A stretch of DNA of 63,924 bases, filler included. It is 6 parts of 6 records of this genome, joined end to end, with 100 filler letters (N's around TTAATTAATTAA, not from the genome) between each part and the next. Parts side by side here need not be neighbours in the genome. Positions count along the whole stretch, not along the records: positions 60,915 to 63,924 come from SRR20825010_3222; 5 more parts are not named here. The stretch is one strand, 5' to 3'. A program made the translations under genes and the position numbers. Below the pieces are notes generated by a model that ran no database searches, had not been told where the DNA came from, and was given only the letters and a program-made list of their open reading frames with translations. Below are positions 60,915 to 63,924 of the stretch, piece by piece. How positions within the stretch are numbered: the first letter of the stretch is position 1; each line of letters begins with the position of its first letter.

Positions 60915-61883
60915 GCCGAGTGTATACTGACCGCCGATGACCCAAGTTGTCTGCTCATCGAGAGTAAGAGTGTCCGGAGCGGTACCAACCGTCTGAACCT
61001 GATCAAATGTTGTTCTGGAATACTGAACACCAACAGCCCACGGACCCATGCCGTATTTGACACCAGCAGACCATGCCTTGCTGTCATTATCAGCAATACC
61101 ATCAATGTCTTTGTCAACACCGTAACCGCCACCAACTGTGAAACCGGCAACGCCGACAGACACACCGAAGCTGTATTCACTGTAGTCTTCAGCTGCATTG
61201 AAAACTTTTGCTTGCTGATAGCCACCGGAAATCGCTACATCTACCATACCAAACTTGTTGACATAGTTAGCCGCTGCTGACCAGCCGCTGTCGAGACCAG
61301 CGTGGTATGCAGGAGCAGCGTACTGCGAGTTCTGGCCGGTTTCTGAATCTCCGTCGGGAACATAAGACGCGCCCAACTGGAAGCCAGCGAAACGAGGCGT
61401 GAAGTAGGTGACCTTATCTTTGTCAGAGAACATGTTCGGACGAGTCGTGTTGCTTTGACCCGTAGGATAGATATTCGCTGAGTCAGCGGAGTACATCGGA
61501 ACCGGTGACGGGCTGTCGTAGTGCATCAGATAAGCTGCAGAGTCTTCAGAACCCAACAGAACGCGACCGAAGGAACCTTCGATGAAAATGTAGGTTTCGT
61601 CGATCTGGTCAGTTGCCTGATAGGCCTCGAGCTGAACGTTGACGCCGAATTTCAGGCCATTGTCCAAAGTGGTTGAACCGGTGAAGAAGATTTCACCTTC
61701 CTGCGTTACACGATCAGACGTACGAGCTGGTGTGCCCGCTGGCTCATCCGCGTCCTGATAAAAATAGGTGGACTGCATATAGCCGCCAACACCAAGTGCG
61801 ATTTTGTCAGCGGCAGATGCCGGTGCTGCAGCGAGTGCACCAACGGCAACGAGCGCTGTCGTACCCAAGATTGCTTTTTTCAT
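60915..61883 (-). CDS. Gram-negative porin, paralogue 1 (3'-truncated)
   Basis: MKKAILGTTAL signal, TTLDNGLKFG, IEGSFGRV.LG, KVTYFTPRFAGFQ. Confidence 0.92.
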
Positions 61884-62248
61884 TTTGTCTCCCCTCTGCT
61901 CACAACAAGCCAGAGAACTAAGATTAAAATACAGACGCAAGGCCGTAGAGGCCATAAGTCAAGAGGGAGTAAAGAAGGTTAACGGCCATCCGGTCAAGCG
62001 TAAGACGATGGCGTTTTTGCCAAATTTACCGAACTGTGCTTAAAAAGTCACATTTAAGTCATAGTTAGCTAATCATGTCTGTATTGGCACATCAGGAAGA
62101 CGACATAACACCATTGTTTTTTCGCGGTTTTAAGAGGCTGGACGTAAAAATGGGTCCTGTGCCCTTATGGGCGCCTCGTTTCGGGCGTCAGATAATCCAA
62201 ACGACGGCGCAGGCGGAGCTCGCCTTCATCTATCAAGAATCTGTCATC

Positions 62249-62280
62249 AAAAAAAGGGGGCAAAATTTTTGTCCCCTTTT
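62249..62280 (-). terminator. Rho-independent terminator of porin paralogue 2
   Basis: Minus strand reads AAAAGGGGACAAAAATTTTGCCCCCTTTTTTT, ~25 nt after the stop. Confidence 0.8.
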
Positions 62281-62303
62281 CAAGTTCTCCAAAGTGTGAC
62301 GGA

Positions 62304-63374
62304 TTAGAAATTAACCGCCGTACCCACAAAGAAAGTATTCGTTTTTCCGGCCATACGGGTTGCCGTACTTGCGGTCAGATCATTGTCATCGATTTCAACA
62401 CCACCGAACGCCGTGATCCCCGGGCCAAGGGCGTACTGACCGCCAATGATCCATGTCGTGGCGTCCAAATCCGCGCCAGCCGCGGGCTCATCCGTCGTTT
62501 TGGAGTACTGTACACCAACCGCCCAGGGGCCCACGCCATACTTGACACCGGCAGACCAGGCTTTCCTATCACTGTCGGAAACACCGGCGAGATCTTTATC
62601 GATTGCGTACCCGGCGCCAACGGTGAAGCCAGCAACCCCTAAAGATGCGCCCAGACTGTATGCGGATTGGTCTTCCGATGCGGCGGCGACTTCCGCCTGT
62701 TCATAACCTGCAGACACGCCAACATCGACACCGCCGAACTTGTTGACATAATTGACAGCAACAGAGTAACCGCGATCAAGTCCAGCTTCGAAGGCCGGTG
62801 CCTGAAACTGTGTATTTCCACTTGATCCCGTTTCCGCATTTCCGTCAGGAACATAGGAAGCGCCGAACTGGAAGCCCGCAAAGCGCGGCGTGAAGTATGT
62901 GATCTTGTCCGCATCAGAGAACATATTGTTATATGTCGTGTTGGCCTGTCCTGTCGGCGCGATGTTGTTCGAATCCGCAGAGAACATCGGAACCGGTGAC
63001 GGGCTGGTGTAATGCATCAGGTAAGAAGCACTGTTTTCAGACCCGAGAAGGATACGACCGAAGGAACCTTCAACAAAGATGTAGGTTTCGTCAATCTGGT
63101 CGGTTGCCTGATAGGCTTCGAGCTGAACATTGACGCCAAACTTCAGGCCATTATCGAGTGTGGTTTCCCCGGTGAAATGAATCTCACCTTCTTGTGTTAC
63201 CCGATCAGAAATACGAGATGGCGTGCCTGCTGGCTCATCGCCGTCCTGATAGAAGTATGTGGACTGCATATAGCCGCCAACTCCGAGCTGAATTTTGTCA
63301 GACGCGGAGGCCGGTGCGGCGGCGAATGCTCCAACAGCGACAAGCGCTGTCGTACCCAAAATTGCCTTTTTCAT
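62304..63374 (-). CDS. Gram-negative porin, paralogue 2
   Basis: Same motifs as paralogue 1; terminal Phe (..GTAVNF), the usual beta-barrel signal. Confidence 0.93.
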   Translation of the reverse strand: MKKAILGTTALVAVGAFAAAPASASDKIQLGVGGYMQSTYFYQDGDEPAGTPSRISDRVTQEGEIHFTGETTLDNGLKFGVNVQLEAYQATDQIDETYIFVEGSFGRILLGSENSASYLMHYTSPSPVPMFSADSNNIAPTGQANTTYNNMFSDADKITYFTPRFAGFQFGASYVPDGNAETGSSGNTQFQAPAFEAGLDRGYSVAVNYVNKFGGVDVGVSAGYEQAEVAAASEDQSAYSLGASLGVAGFTVGAGYAIDKDLAGVSDSDRKAWSAGVKYGVGPWAVGVQYSKTTDEPAAGADLDATTWIIGGQYALGPGITAFGGVEIDDNDLTASTATRMAGKTNTFFVGTAVNF

Positions 63375-63504
63375 TTTGACTCCTGGCAGCATAAGAGCTG
63401 CTGTATAATGGATTGATAATAAAAGCGAAAGACCGATACGCCCCAGCGGTCACGCGAAAGTAATGATGATTGAAATAGGCCTCGTCAAGCGATCCGGGCC
63501 CCCT

Positions 63505-63520
63505 TGTGACTAGCGTCACA
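63505..63520. promoter_or_regulatory. Perfect CRP-family box TGTGA-N6-TCACA
   Basis: TGTGACTAGCGTCACA in the divergent porin/lipoprotein intergenic region. Confidence 0.55.
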
Positions 63521-63714
63521 AACTTTCCCGTGAAACTTTTATGACGACAATTTATTTCGGAGCGGATGGTCAAACGACGGGTTCCTCTGATATATTGGTT
63601 CGCGACCATTTTCTCCTGTTCTCAAAAGCGGAAAGCTGGCATAAACTCACCTTTTCTTGATTTCGCCCTAATTTGAGCGTTTAGTAGCCAGAGGAAACGA
63701 GGATTCTGACAGAT

Positions 63715-63924
63715 ATGACACGACAAAAATTATTTGCGGTGGCAGCAGGCAGTTGCCTGGCTTTATTGCTGGCCGGGTGTGAATCTGACCTGAGTTCGAA
63801 TTCAACATTCCCCACCACGGCACGCGGACAGGTATATCAAACGGGCAACGCGCCGGATGACACGGTTTTCGGCAAGGGCGGTCTTTTTGGCGGCGAAGAA
63901 GATAAGAACCTTGACGGCAGCGTC
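63715..63924 (+). CDS. Lipoprotein, probably DUF3576 family, 3'-truncated by window end
   Basis: MTRQKLFAVAAGSCLALLLAGC lipobox, ...TVFGKGGLFGG. Family call rests on this and on its position divergent from porin genes. Absent from the ORF track. Confidence 0.65.
   Translation, partial: MTRQKLFAVAAGSCLALLLAGCESDLSSNSTFPTTARGQVYQTGNAPDDTVFGKGGLFGGEEDKNLDGSV

Noticed and set aside
1-63924. CRISPR arrays, tRNA/rRNA genes, integrases and transposases
   Set aside because: I found no regularly spaced repeat-spacer arrays, no recognisable structural RNA genes and no recombinase motifs by inspection.

Overview
This window is not one locus. It is six unrelated contigs joined by an artificial 100-nt spacer (44 N + TTAATTAATTAA + 44 N) at 6268-6367, 18299-18398, 30732-30831, 45629-45728 and 60815-60914, so gene order across these joins carries no information. 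Contig A (1-6267, GC-rich alphaproteobacterium) holds a METTL20-type methyltransferase, a crotonase, a DUF1993 gene, a DUF6101-like gene and ubiD. A ~1 kb AT-rich islet sits in the 3' end of the DUF1993 gene, with that 3' end duplicated on either side. Contig B (6368-18298, Rhodobacteraceae-like, very high GC) holds a surface-modification cluster (two sulfotransferase-like genes, two GT4 glycosyltransferases, an FkbM methyltransferase) with a Hint autoprocessing protein inside it, next to three RTX Ca-binding proteins. Contig C (18399-30731, Rhodopirellula-like) holds a PpiC foldase, an unusual HAD-phosphatase/TreZ fusion, the pfkB-sps-amylosucrase sucrose cluster, a sulfatase and the 3' tip of queA. 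Contig D (30832-45628, Rhodopirellula-like) holds aroA, msrB, mscL, an S10 peptidase, a sulfatase and planctomycete hypotheticals. Contig E (45729-60814, alphaproteobacterium) holds the glnA end, parE, a DEAD-box helicase, mlaE-mlaF-radA-cvpA-purF-SDR, and meaB plus methylmalonyl-CoA mutase. Contig F (60915-63924) holds two tandem porin paralogues and a divergent lipoprotein. I found no rRNA, tRNA, CRISPR array, integrase or transposase. The best leads are the DUF1993 3'-end-replacement insertion and its membrane cargo gene, the Hint protein embedded in the glyco/sulfo-transferase run beside an RTX array, the apparent hand-off of sucrose-phosphate phosphatase activity to a HAD-TreZ fusion, and a protein with a CheZ-like C-terminal peptide and an upstream CtrA-type box. 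All taxonomic and family calls come from motif recognition by eye; no searches were run.
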